Part shown: one piece after another, positions 28,349-39,898 of the stretch
Position numbering within the stretch: position 1 is the first letter of the stretch
Layout of the letters: each line of letters starts with the position of its first letter
Source of the DNA: an uncultured Gammaproteobacteria bacterium
GTDB taxonomy: Bacteria > Patescibacteriota > Microgenomatia > CAZETR01 > Amesbacteraceae
Length of the DNA: 39,952 nucleotides
Assembly (NCBI GenBank): GCA_964358085.1
Contig: CAYHNU010000003.1
Coordinates: forward strand, 1 to 39,952
Direction: 5' to 3'
Notes under the pieces: generated by a model
Database searches by the model: none
What the model was told of the DNA's origin: nothing
Seen by the model: only the letters and a program-made list of their open reading frames with translations
Made by a program: the position numbers and the translations under genes

Positions 28349-28596
28349 GCCGGAAAGTCCTCCGACTCCGCCGCCTTTCTCAATTCCACAGGTTGTTGGC
28401 AATTTAGTACTATGCATCTCTCCGCAAAAGACCTAGCGTTTTCTCTACTCATTGTCATTCCCCCGTTGGTCGCATTTTTTTTATTCACTCCCGCATCCGA
28501 TCCCAACTGATGTCTTCCGATACAAAGTCCGTAACCTTTACAATTTCCACCAAAACTTCGACACAACCCAAAATCAATTTCGTCAGCTTCGCCCAT
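28345..28596 (-). CDS. 83-aa Cys-rich orphan protein
   Basis: MGEADEIDFGLCRSFGGNCKGYGLC...CIVLNC; TGgTATAAT 7 nt before ATG 28596. Confidence 0.55.
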   Translation of the reverse strand: MGEADEIDFGLCRSFGGNCKGYGLCIGRHQLGSDAGVNKKNATNGGMTMSRENARSFAERCIVLNCQQPVELRKAAESEDFPA

Positions 28597-28615
28597 AAGC
28601 TGGATTATACCACTC

Positions 28616-28644
28616 TTGAACAAAACCCGAAACGCCTGTACAAT
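28616..28644 (+). promoter_or_regulatory. uvrA promoter with overlapping putative SOS box
   Basis: TTGAAC-17bp-TACAAT; TTGAA-N6-CCGAA overlaps the -35. Confidence 0.6.
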
Positions 28645-28646
28645 AA

Positions 28647-28705
28647 AACTTCACTCCTATTCTTCCCCCTCTTAGAGTAAGAGGGGGATCAGAGAGGGTG
28701 ATATT
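28647..28705. repeat. Intergenic palindromic element, copy B (inverted relative to 8388-8442)
   Basis: tccccctctta-gag-taagaggggga core; ends aacttcactccta / ggtgatatt. Confidence 0.8.
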
Positions 28706-28710
28706 TACGT

Positions 28711-31551
<2,841 letters not shown>

Positions 31552-31864
31552 AAATCTTTCCATCCCTTATTAATTTTGTCCCTATCATTATCAGGCACGT
31601 CTTCATGTAGCAAGTCGATGTACGTTCTCTTATTTTCATAAGTCAAAGATATTTGCACTCGGGAAGGTTTACTTTGTTTTCCGCTCCAACAGTGGGCAAC
31701 CAGTGATTTTTTGGGTTTAACCTCCAAATTTTTAAACCGCACCATTTCTCTCAATATTCTTGTCGGACCAGCCGGATTCATCATTGCATCCCACACTTTT
31801 CCCGCACCCGCGTGAACAATATAGCTCTGTCGAATTACGCTCACTATCTATATAATAACACAAA

Positions 31865-33532
31865 ATGACCAAAAAAATATTAGTATTTATTGGTATTTAT
31901 TGGTATCTATTCCCGAGTCCGGCCTCAGCCTCGGGAGAATTCTACATCAAACAAAATGTTGATTATAAATTCGACGCGTTGGGCCGCTCCACTATTACCT
32001 TCAATGTATCCCTAACCAACAAAACGGCTAACTACTACGCTTCCAAGTACGAACTAGAACTAGTAGGGGAGGACCCCAAAAATGTTACCGGGCGCGACTC
32101 AGTCGGCCCTCTTAAAATTATCACCTCTCCCACTGCCGCAGATACTACCCGTATTGTGGCCAACTTTAACGATGTGGTCGCGGGCCCCGGAAAATCTTTA
32201 TCTTTTACTCTCCAATATCAGGGCAAACCTGCCGTGCACAATGGCCAAGTTTGGGAAATAAACCTCCCCAAGCTTTCCCGTCCTGCGACCGTAGACGAAT
32301 ACACTCTGAACCTGATTGTTCCGCTCTCCTTTGGTCAACCGGCTTATTTATCTCCTCCTCCCGCGTCTTCTGACGGCAACAGATATGTTTTCACCAAAGA
32401 CCAACTTTCCAAGGTGGGGGTGGTGGCCGCTTTTGGAAATTTTCAAACTTTTTCTTTCCGCCTCAAATATAAAATCAACACCCCTTCTCAAATTGCGTTA
32501 CCCGCTGATACCGCCTATCAAAGAATTTTTTTTGATTCAATCACCCCTTTACCTAATTCCGTTACCGCTGACGCCGACGGCAACTGGCTAGCCGGTTTCA
32601 ATCCCGGTGAAATTGTCGTCACCGGCCAGGCAAATCTGCTGTTAGAACCTCTTTCGTCATTTACTGACTCACCTCCGGAAAAATATCTTTTCCCCACAGC
32701 TTACTGGCCGGCCGACAATCCGCAAATTAAAGAGCTGGCTAAGTCCTTAAAAACTCCCCGGAAAATTTACGATTACGTAGTGGAAAACCTTGAATACGAT
32801 TACGCCTCCGCCGCGTCCCTCACTGCCACCCGCAAAGGCGCTCTCGCCGCTCTTTCTTCCGGCTTAGGCGTCTGCACCGAATTCACCGACCTGTTTATTG
32901 CCCTGGCCCGGGCCGCCGGCATCCCTGCCCGTGAGGTAAATGGCTATGGCTATACTACGGACCTGCGTTTGCGCACCCCCCTCCACTCTTGGCCCCAATA
33001 CTGGGATGCTACCCGCCAGGTTTGGGTCAGTGTCGATCCCACCTGGAGCCGCACCACTGGAGGGATAGACTATTTCTCCAAATTAGATTTTAACCACCTG
33101 TCCTTTGTCACCCACGGCTTGTCCGATTCTTTACCCGATTTCTCCGCTACTGATATTCAAGTCAGTTACGGATCGTACCACGAGTACCCCGCTACACCTC
33201 TTATTACTAAATGGCAATCGCCCTTATTTATTCTTCCGTTTATTCCCAGCACCTTCCGTTTGCGAATCACCAACCCCAACCCTCAAGCTGTCTATTCCAA
33301 CCCCGTAACACTACCTCCCTATGGATCAAAGGTCCTGACAGTCCGGTACACTCTTATCCGTCCTTTTGATTTTAGTCCCAAATCCGTAACCCTCATAAAT
33401 ATGACGTATAATATCCCCACGACTTTATTTCTTCCCTGGCAAATCGGCTTTGCTATCCTTATCTCACTTACCCTTATCGCCGGGAGTCTATATCTTCAAA
33501 AACGCTTCCGGCCAGGTTCTATACGTCGGTAA
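31865..33532 (+). CDS. Exported/membrane-anchored transglutaminase-like protein
   Basis: GVCTEF..LFIALARAAGIPAR.V.GY, HSW, DPTW (Cys-His-Asp); signal peptide and C-terminal TM. Confidence 0.88.
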   Translation: MTKKILVFIGIYWYLFPSPASASGEFYIKQNVDYKFDALGRSTITFNVSLTNKTANYYASKYELELVGEDPKNVTGRDSVGPLKIITSPTAADTTRIVANFNDVVAGPGKSLSFTLQYQGKPAVHNGQVWEINLPKLSRPATVDEYTLNLIVPLSFGQPAYLSPPPASSDGNRYVFTKDQLSKVGVVAAFGNFQTFSFRLKYKINTPSQIALPADTAYQRIFFDSITPLPNSVTADADGNWLAGFNPGEIVVTGQANLLLEPLSSFTDSPPEKYLFPTAYWPADNPQIKELAKSLKTPRKIYDYVVENLEYDYASAASLTATRKGALAALSSGLGVCTEFTDLFIALARAAGIPAREVNGYGYTTDLRLRTPLHSWPQYWDATRQVWVSVDPTWSRTTGGIDYFSKLDFNHLSFVTHGLSDSLPDFSATDIQVSYGSYHEYPATPLITKWQSPLFILPFIPSTFRLRITNPNPQAVYSNPVTLPPYGSKVLTVRYTLIRPFDFSPKSVTLINMTYNIPTTLFLPWQIGFAILISLTLIAGSLYLQKRFRPGSIRR

Positions 33533-34616
33533 AGCCAACCGGCTGCGTCAGCGCGTCCGTTCATATTTCCAACCCCCCATAAAACTGGGCCCAAAAACCG
33601 CCCAATTAGTGTCCCATATCGCTTCAGTCGAACACGTTGAAGTCGGATCAGAAATTGAAGCCCTGCTCCTGGAATCCAGCCTCATTAAAAAATTCCGCCC
33701 CCACTACAATATCGCCTCCAAAGACGGCACCTCTCCCTACTATATCCACATCACCCGCGAAAAATACCCCAAGCCCGTTATCAATCATCTGCCCCAAAGC
33801 GCCATCGCCGGTCCTTTCCTCTCGAGGCTGGTAGCCAGAAAAATCCTCCGCAGCTTTCGCCGCATCGCCCCCTACCATACCGAGAGTCCGTGTTTTTATC
33901 GCCATCTGGAACTCTGCCACCCTTGTCCAGACGATCCCCACACCAGCACCATCGCATATCAAAAAAACATCACTCTTCTTAAAAAACTTCTCCGAGGCCA
34001 ATTTAAACAAGTACTGCGTCAAGCCGTCAAAACCTTAGATTTCGAGACAGCCGCCGCTTTACGTGATCTGTTGCACCAACCCACTCCCCCGGAAGAGTAC
34101 GTCACCAACCCGAATCTTTTAGCCGATCGCCGTCAGGAAGCTTTGCAATCTTTGCGGTCTACTATGAACTATGAACCAATAACTAATAACCCATTACATC
34201 GGATCGAGTGTTTTGACGTGGCCAATCTCTCCGGCAGTGCAGTCACCGGAGCAATGACTGTGGCCATAAACGGCCAGCTTTCACCACAACATTATCGCCA
34301 TTTCACTCTTTCGTCTGGCAACGACGACGTCGCCAGACTTAAAGAAATGCTTACCCGCCGCCTCAAGACCGACTGGCCAACTCCCGACCTTTTAGTCCTT
34401 GATGGCGGCAAGTCACAGCTATCAATAGTCAACTGGAGTATTCCCACCATTGCCTTGGCCAAAAATGAAGAGATTATTTACACCACCGACGGTCAGAAAA
34501 TTAAACTCGACCGCCGCCACCCGGGTTTACAGCTTCTGCAGCGCCTGCGTGACGAAGCCCACCGTTTTTCCCGTCGCTTGCACCACAAACATCGAAGTGC
34601 AATAATCAAGCCATGA
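33450..34616 (+). CDS. uvrC: Excinuclease ABC subunit C (shortened, no C-terminal HhH evident)
   Basis: LPLSPGVYIF..VLYVGKA..LRQRVRSYF, EALLLE, RIECFDVA, PDLLVLDGGKSQ, RLRDEAHRF. Confidence 0.92.
   Translation: MLSLSHLPLSPGVYIFKNASGQVLYVGKANRLRQRVRSYFQPPIKLGPKTAQLVSHIASVEHVEVGSEIEALLLESSLIKKFRPHYNIASKDGTSPYYIHITREKYPKPVINHLPQSAIAGPFLSRLVARKILRSFRRIAPYHTESPCFYRHLELCHPCPDDPHTSTIAYQKNITLLKKLLRGQFKQVLRQAVKTLDFETAAALRDLLHQPTPPEEYVTNPNLLADRRQEALQSLRSTMNYEPITNNPLHRIECFDVANLSGSAVTGAMTVAINGQLSPQHYRHFTLSSGNDDVARLKEMLTRRLKTDWPTPDLLVLDGGKSQLSIVNWSIPTIALAKNEEIIYTTDGQKIKLDRRHPGLQLLQRLRDEAHRFSRRLHHKHRSAIIKP
34158..34193 (+). repeat. 36-nt heptad-built element, copy 3 (in uvrC)
   Basis: Identical to 6862-6897. 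Confidence 0.92.
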
Positions 34617-34915
34617 AAAAGGTAGCCCTGACCCAACTTCCGAGACGAATAGAAGTGCGTGTTAAACGCGGACAATCTGGTGCCTATATTGCCGAACTAC
34701 CTGAATTAGACATTTTTACTGAATGTGATTCATTGGAAGATATAGATCCCAACGTAAACGATTTAATTTTCACCCACTTTGATATTCCAAAACAGTTGCA
34801 AAACAAAATTTGGTACCGGCCCGAGAAAACGGTGATCCCGAGAATTAATCAATCGGATCTTTATCACTTTGCTGCCCTCACATCACCAGAAACCTTTAAC
34901 TATTTCTTTCAATGA
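34613..34915 (+). CDS. HicB-like antitoxin (RNase H-like N domain)
   Basis: GAYIAELPELDIFTECDSLE; ATGA-coupled to HicA-like gene. Confidence 0.65.
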   Translation: MKKVALTQLPRRIEVRVKRGQSGAYIAELPELDIFTECDSLEDIDPNVNDLIFTHFDIPKQLQNKIWYRPEKTVIPRINQSDLYHFAALTSPETFNYFFQ

Positions 34916-35160
34916 AATCGTCATTTGGAAGTAAAGAGTTGGAGAAATGCCTAATTAGATTGGGCTTCATGTTCCAGAAACGAGTCGGGTCAAGTCACCT
35001 CAAATATAAGCTCACCGGCAAGAAAATTCCGGCAGGAACCAGACCGTTCATTATCGTCATTGAAGGAAGAAAAATATACGATCCCCACACTGCAAGTAGT
35101 TACGTTCGTCAAATCAAAAATCTGGGCTTTACCGAGGAAGAAATCTTGAAAAACCTCTAG
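34912..35160 (+). CDS. HicA-like toxin
   Basis: KELEKCLIRLGF...VGSSHLKY...IKNLGFTEEE. Confidence 0.75.
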   Translation: MKSSFGSKELEKCLIRLGFMFQKRVGSSHLKYKLTGKKIPAGTRPFIIVIEGRKIYDPHTASSYVRQIKNLGFTEEEILKNL

Positions 35161-35181
35161 GTATAGTGAATAATAGAAACA

Positions 35182-35592
35182 ATGCTACGCCTTCTTCTCC
35201 GTTCTATCGCCATCAATCTGGCCAGCATTTATCTGGCCGCCCAAATTCTCTCTGGAGTCATCACTTACATTGGCGGCTACCAAACCCTCCTTCTGGCCTC
35301 ACTGGCCATCGCCCTGGTTAATCTCTTCGTCCGCCCGGTCATTAATTTGCTTCTCCTGCCTATTCATTTAGTCACCCTGGGCGTTTTTCGCTGGGTCGCC
35401 AACCTGGTCACTCTATATTTAGTTACACTACTCGTCCCCAATTTACAAGTTCACGCTTTTACATTTCCCGGGCTGGATCTGAAATATGTTATCATTCCCT
35501 CCATGCATTTCACCGCCTTCGGCGCCTTCGTCGTGGCCACTATCACCCTCACTATTACTTTCCATTTTATTTACTGGCTCCTTCAGGACTGA
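35182..35592 (+). CDS. 4-TM phage holin family (YvlD-like) membrane protein
   Basis: LVNLFVRPVINLLLLPI..VTLGVF.WVAN. Confidence 0.85.
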   Translation: MLRLLLRSIAINLASIYLAAQILSGVITYIGGYQTLLLASLAIALVNLFVRPVINLLLLPIHLVTLGVFRWVANLVTLYLVTLLVPNLQVHAFTFPGLDLKYVIIPSMHFTAFGAFVVATITLTITFHFIYWLLQD

Positions 35593-35804
35593 TGAAAACC
35601 TGGCTGACCGTAGCTCAAATCGTCACCGGCATTCTTCTCACCGGTCTGGTGCTTCTGCAGGCCAAAGGCACCGGTCTGGGTCGGGCTTTCGGTTCTATCG
35701 CTTACCACTCCAAGAGGGGAGTGGAAAAAATGGTCTTTCGCTCTACTGTTATCATTGCCGTCATATTCGTCATTCTATCCGTACTCAATGTCCTCACCTT
35801 TTAA
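35592..35804 (+). CDS. secG: Preprotein translocase subunit SecG
   Basis: LVLLQAKGTGLG.AFG..YHSKRGVEK...T; two TM segments. Confidence 0.9.
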   Translation: MKTWLTVAQIVTGILLTGLVLLQAKGTGLGRAFGSIAYHSKRGVEKMVFRSTVIIAVIFVILSVLNVLTF

Positions 35805-37113
35805 ACAGCTGCGTTTCGGGTCGCGTCTGCTGGTAGCTTTTTTCACCAAATACTACCTGGCGATCTTTATTGGCGCCGTTTTTGGCGCTATGGCTCTTAT
35901 TTTCTCGCCCCGCCTCCTGCCATATTTACCTACGCTACGCTCTACCCAAACTATCGCCGTTGTCGGCCGTTACACTCCCACAGAAATCCCTTTATCTATT
36001 CAACAAAAAATCAGCCTCGGCCTAACCACTATTTCTCCTTCCGGGCAACCCGCTCCAGGGCTAGCCGCCTCCTGGACTGTAGACGCCGCTGGCAAAAGTT
36101 ACACTTTTAACCTGGCTCCGTTTCTCACATGGCAAAACGGCTCTTCTATCAAAAGCCGAGACATTAACTACCATTTTAAAGATACCGATTTTATCTATCC
36201 CTCGGACACTCAAATCGTGGTCAACCTCAAAGAGCCTTTCACGCCTCTGCCCGTAGTTTTATCCCGTCCCGCCTTTAAAACGGGACTGCTGGGAGCCGGA
36301 TCATATAAAGTTTCCCGTCTCAAAAAAACCGGTCAAACTATCGACTCCCTGACTCTCGTTCCCGTGGATGGTACATCTCGCCTGCCTCGACTCCGCTACT
36401 ATTTCTACCCTTCCGAGTCTCAAGCTCGCCTGGCATTTAAATTGGGGACTGTAAATTACTTAGAAGACATCCAAGACCCGGCCGATCTGGCTGAATGGCC
36501 CTCGATTCGCATTTCCACCACCGTACAAAAAGACCGCTATATTGGTATTTTTTTCAACACCCAGCAACTTGAGAAGAGTCTACGTCAGTCTTTGGCTTAC
36601 GCCATTAACAAATCTCGTTGGCCAAACCAGGCCTACGGTCCCCTGGCCCCTACTTCCTGGGCCTACAATTCCGAAGTCAAACCCTACGATCTGGATTTAG
36701 CCCGGGCCAAACAGCTGCTAGCCAAAGTTGGCAAAAAACCGGACAAAATAATTCTTACTACCTTGTCTGTCTACTTACCGACGGCCGAGGCGATAAAAAC
36801 CGACTGGCAGGCTTTGGGAATACCCACCGAAGTTCAAATCGTCCCCGAAGTCCCCTCCGACTTTACCGCCCTCATTATCGGCCAAAAGATTCCCGTTGAC
36901 CCGGACCAATACAGCCTCTGGCACTCAACTCAAGAAACCAATCTGGCCCGCTTTAACCACCCTCGGGCAGACAAGTTGCTAGAAGATGGCCGCAAGACTC
37001 TCGACCCCGAATTACGTAAAAACATCTACCTGGAATTCCAAAAATTCATCAGCGAAGAACTGCCCGTCATCTTCCTCTACCACCCCACCACCTACTTCAT
37101 CTCCCGAATGTAA
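35788..37113 (+). CDS. Family 5 (OppA-like) ABC substrate-binding protein
   Basis: P.LAASW....GKSYTF.L....WQNG, GAGSYK, LRQSLAYAINK, DPDQYSLWHS, DKLLEDGR; start placed at MSSPF. Confidence 0.85.
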   Translation: MSSPFKQLRFGSRLLVAFFTKYYLAIFIGAVFGAMALIFSPRLLPYLPTLRSTQTIAVVGRYTPTEIPLSIQQKISLGLTTISPSGQPAPGLAASWTVDAAGKSYTFNLAPFLTWQNGSSIKSRDINYHFKDTDFIYPSDTQIVVNLKEPFTPLPVVLSRPAFKTGLLGAGSYKVSRLKKTGQTIDSLTLVPVDGTSRLPRLRYYFYPSESQARLAFKLGTVNYLEDIQDPADLAEWPSIRISTTVQKDRYIGIFFNTQQLEKSLRQSLAYAINKSRWPNQAYGPLAPTSWAYNSEVKPYDLDLARAKQLLAKVGKKPDKIILTTLSVYLPTAEAIKTDWQALGIPTEVQIVPEVPSDFTALIIGQKIPVDPDQYSLWHSTQETNLARFNHPRADKLLEDGRKTLDPELRKNIYLEFQKFISEELPVIFLYHPTTYFISRM

Positions 37114-38413
37114 CCATGTCGGGAATAACTCTGAACGGTATTTGCCAGTAAGGGATTTTGCCTGTTAAGGCATAATTCATTGTATTCCTGACCATCTGGC
37201 TGGCTAATGGTATCTGGTGATTCGTCAACCAAACCACAGCTTCTTTCGACATCCGGTGGTCCAAAACAAGATCGAAGACACTAAGCATAACTTCAGAAAA
37301 TCGGTTGTCCCAAATATAGGTTCTCCTGATGTAGTCCCCGAATTTTTTTCGGGCCGTTGCGCCATTCCCATGTTTTTTTAATATTTCAACAAACTCAGCT
37401 CCGCTTTCCATGGCTGCACCTATACCGTTTTTTCTTTGCCTGGTGCCTCCGGCGTCTCCATACCTGACATAGCCCATTCCTCCATGCTCGTTTTCTGTTG
37501 ATATCTTGTTCGGAGACCGAACTGTAATATCGTTGATGCAGGCACAGTTAGATCTCTGCCCAGTTAAATCGCCTAGAAGATCTTTAACCGCTGGCAAAGC
37601 CAGAAACTCTCGAAAGTAAGATTGATCCGCTCCGTCTCTGCCCATCATCACAATTGTGGCATACTTCCCCTTGGGAATGACTGCCGCATACCAAATTTTA
37701 CGAGTTGGATTTCCAAATACATGCATGCTTTCTCTCAATTTTTCTCGTGCTCTCGTGTCCTCTAAATAATATTCTCTGACGCTGGCTGGTTGAGTTTCCG
37801 ACTCATCAAATAACTCTCCTCCTGTATCAATTTCCAAATCGCCTCTCTTGTGGCCAAAGGCTCCCACAACTAAGTGGACATTAGTGGCCTCACCGCCTGC
37901 ATACACCACGGTTTTGTCTCGTCCTACTTGAATTTTAGTGACTGGAGATTCCACGACTTCGGCTCCTGCGTTTTTTGCCTCATTCAACAACCACGCATCA
38001 AATCCCCTTATTTGTCCAATTGTTTCCACGGCTGGTCTCACCGGCGCAAATCCTCTGAAAACGGCAAGGGCATGGGTGGGAATTTCCACTTCTTTGCCTC
38101 CGGGAAGATGTACAACATTTCTATTTATCCTTGTTTGAATCACGTCTTTCGGTATATGAAGACCAACGCTAGCTAGTAACGATTCTGTGGTATCTTGCAA
38201 AATCCCTGCACAACCCACGCAGCTTTTGATTCTTTCTCCCAAAGTCGGCATTCTCGTCGGACTTGGTTCAAAAATAGTCACACTTTTTGCCAGAGGTGCC
38301 AAAAGATATCCTGTCAAAGCTCCTGCCGGTCCGCCTCCTACAATCACTACGTCTAGTAACGATAAAGGAAATTCCGGGTTTTTTTCTTTAGATAGTCCAA
38401 TCTCAATCGACAT
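37097..38413 (-). CDS. FAD-dependent oxidoreductase (geranylgeranyl reductase-like)
   Basis: DVVIVGGGPAG, C.GC.G, FDAWL...A...GAEV, GDAGG..NGI..AM.SG; start placed at MSIEIG after TATAAT. Confidence 0.8.
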   Translation of the reverse strand: MSIEIGLSKEKNPEFPLSLLDVVIVGGGPAGALTGYLLAPLAKSVTIFEPSPTRMPTLGERIKSCVGCAGILQDTTESLLASVGLHIPKDVIQTRINRNVVHLPGGKEVEIPTHALAVFRGFAPVRPAVETIGQIRGFDAWLLNEAKNAGAEVVESPVTKIQVGRDKTVVYAGGEATNVHLVVGAFGHKRGDLEIDTGGELFDESETQPASVREYYLEDTRAREKLRESMHVFGNPTRKIWYAAVIPKGKYATIVMMGRDGADQSYFREFLALPAVKDLLGDLTGQRSNCACINDITVRSPNKISTENEHGGMGYVRYGDAGGTRQRKNGIGAAMESGAEFVEILKKHGNGATARKKFGDYIRRTYIWDNRFSEVMLSVFDLVLDHRMSKEAVVWLTNHQIPLASQMVRNTMNYALTGKIPYWQIPFRVIPDMVTFGR

Positions 38414-38487
38414 CGTCAGAGAATTATAGGATATTGTGGTTGTTTTTGCTATACCATCTACTTCATATCCCGAATGTAAATTTCGGC

Positions 38488-38763
38488 TCAATTTGCGCTT
38501 GGCAAACCTACGTGAGATTCAATCACATCCACCCGTTTCTCCAACTTCCACCAATCTCGATCCAAAACTCCCACCACAAACTCCAAATCCTTCCTAATTT
38601 TTTTCAAATCTTTTTTAATTGGTTTCAATTCTTTTTGTAAAATCCCAGTGACAATTCCTGGTACTTGGGTTTGAATAGCCTTATTAACAATCGGTGGCAC
38701 CTGGACTTGGATAGCCTTGCTCACTACTACACCAATTTGATTCAAATCACCCTTTGTTAACAT
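38488..38763 (-). CDS. Small coiled-coil hypothetical protein with 12-aa internal repeat
   Basis: KAIQVQVPPIVN KAIQTQVPGIVT; TTGACT-17-TACAGT 6 nt before ATG. Confidence 0.7.
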   Translation of the reverse strand: MLTKGDLNQIGVVVSKAIQVQVPPIVNKAIQTQVPGIVTGILQKELKPIKKDLKKIRKDLEFVVGVLDRDWWKLEKRVDVIESHVGLPSAN

Positions 38764-38834
38764 ACTCCAACTGTAGTTTTTTCTGCAGCAAAAGTCAATC
38801 TCAATTAGAATGTAGTAAAATTGAACCCGGGATC

Positions 38835-38906
38835 GCCCTCGTAGCTCAATGGATAGAGCAAATCCCTTCTAAGGATAAGATGAAGGTTCGATTCCTCCCG
38901 AGGGCA
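38835..38906 (+). tRNA. tRNA-Arg(UCU)
   Basis: GCCCTCG/CGAGGGC, ATCC-ctTCTaa-GGAT, GGTTCGATTCC. Confidence 0.95.
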
Positions 38907-38915
38907 CATTTACAC

Positions 38916-38990
38916 GGGTCCGTAGCTCAACGGTAGAGCAGCTTCCTCTTAAGAAGACGGTTGTGGGTTCGATTCCCACCGGGCCCACCA
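38916..38990 (+). tRNA. tRNA-Lys(CUU)
   Basis: GGGTCCG/CGGGCCC-A-CCA, CTTC-ctCTTaa-GAAG. Confidence 0.95.
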
Positions 38991-39035
38991 ATAAGACCTT
39001 GCAAATAAGATCTAGATCAGATATGCTAGGTTCTA

Positions 39036-39731
39036 ATGATAAGTAAGCTTGCTGAAAAAGAATTGGCTATAAATCTAAGAAGGCAAGGATTGTCGTATCG
39101 CGAAATATTACAGCAAGTTCCCGTAGCCAAATCTAGCCTGGGTCTGTGGCTAAAATCCGTAAGTCTTTCCAAACCTCAAATAACTAGGCTTACCCAAAAG
39201 AGATTAGAAGCAGCAAGAAGGGGTGGACTAGCCAAAAGATTACAAAGATTAAGAGTCCAAGAACAAGTACAAAAAGACGCAAGATTAGAAGTTAGCAATA
39301 TCGATTTAAGAGATTTATGGCTAATGGGTACAATGCTTTATTGGGCAGAGGGCTCTAAAGCTAAATCGTACAGTCCGAGTGTCGGATTACAGTTCAGTAA
39401 TTCTGATCCAAGAATGATAAACATATTCGTCAAGTGGTGTATAAAATGCCTTCAAGTACCCCTCGAAAGAATAGGATTCAGTATTTATGTTCACGAAACA
39501 TATAGAGACGACAAAAAACGCTTTCGTCAATACTGGTCTGACCAAATTGGACTTCCTCTCAACCGTTTTGATAAAATATATTTTAAGAAAAGCGCTCTAC
39601 GCACAAATCGCAGAAACCTAGGTAGAAGTTATAATGGCCAAATTTATGCCAAGGTCCATCAAAGCACTAATTTAAATCGAAGAGTAGATGCGTGGATCAA
39701 TGAAATTTACAACCGATGCGGGGTCGTCTAA
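39036..39731 (+). CDS. HTH + LAGLIDADG-like endonuclease-fold protein
   Basis: AINLRRQGLSYREI...V.VAKSSL..WL HTH; GTMLYWAEGSK, FSNSDP.MI..F; promoter TTGCAA-17-TATGCT (38999-39027). Confidence 0.7.
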   Translation: MISKLAEKELAINLRRQGLSYREILQQVPVAKSSLGLWLKSVSLSKPQITRLTQKRLEAARRGGLAKRLQRLRVQEQVQKDARLEVSNIDLRDLWLMGTMLYWAEGSKAKSYSPSVGLQFSNSDPRMINIFVKWCIKCLQVPLERIGFSIYVHETYRDDKKRFRQYWSDQIGLPLNRFDKIYFKKSALRTNRRNLGRSYNGQIYAKVHQSTNLNRRVDAWINEIYNRCGVV

Positions 39732-39792
39732 CGGTAGGACGTCTGCCTTTGGAGCAGAAGATTTCTAGGTTCGAATCCTAGCCCCGCAGCCA
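39717..39792 (+). tRNA. tRNA-Gln(UUG)
   Basis: TGCGGGG/CCCCGCA-G-CCA, TCTGC-ctTTGga-GCAGA, CTAGGTTCGAATCCTAG. Confidence 0.93.
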
Positions 39793-39803
39793 GTAAGAAT
39801 TGG

Positions 39804-39898
39804 AAAGAGGTCGGGAGGTAGCGCTTTCCGCGCCCGCCTCCGCGGAAAGCGCGTCAAATCCGCCTTTTTTAAAACTTGCGGATAGCCGCCGATCCTTT
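39804..39898. other. Multi-stem structured intergenic element
   Basis: 12-bp stem gcgctttccgcg/cgcggaaagcgc, stem atccgc/gcggat, imperfect closing stem aaagaggtcgg/ccgatccttt. Confidence 0.55.

Noticed and set aside
35182-35592. Prophage suggested by holin-family gene (and the 14548 metallopeptidase)
   Set aside because: No integrase, capsid, terminase or lysin genes; both families occur as ordinary chromosomal genes and sit among core genes here.
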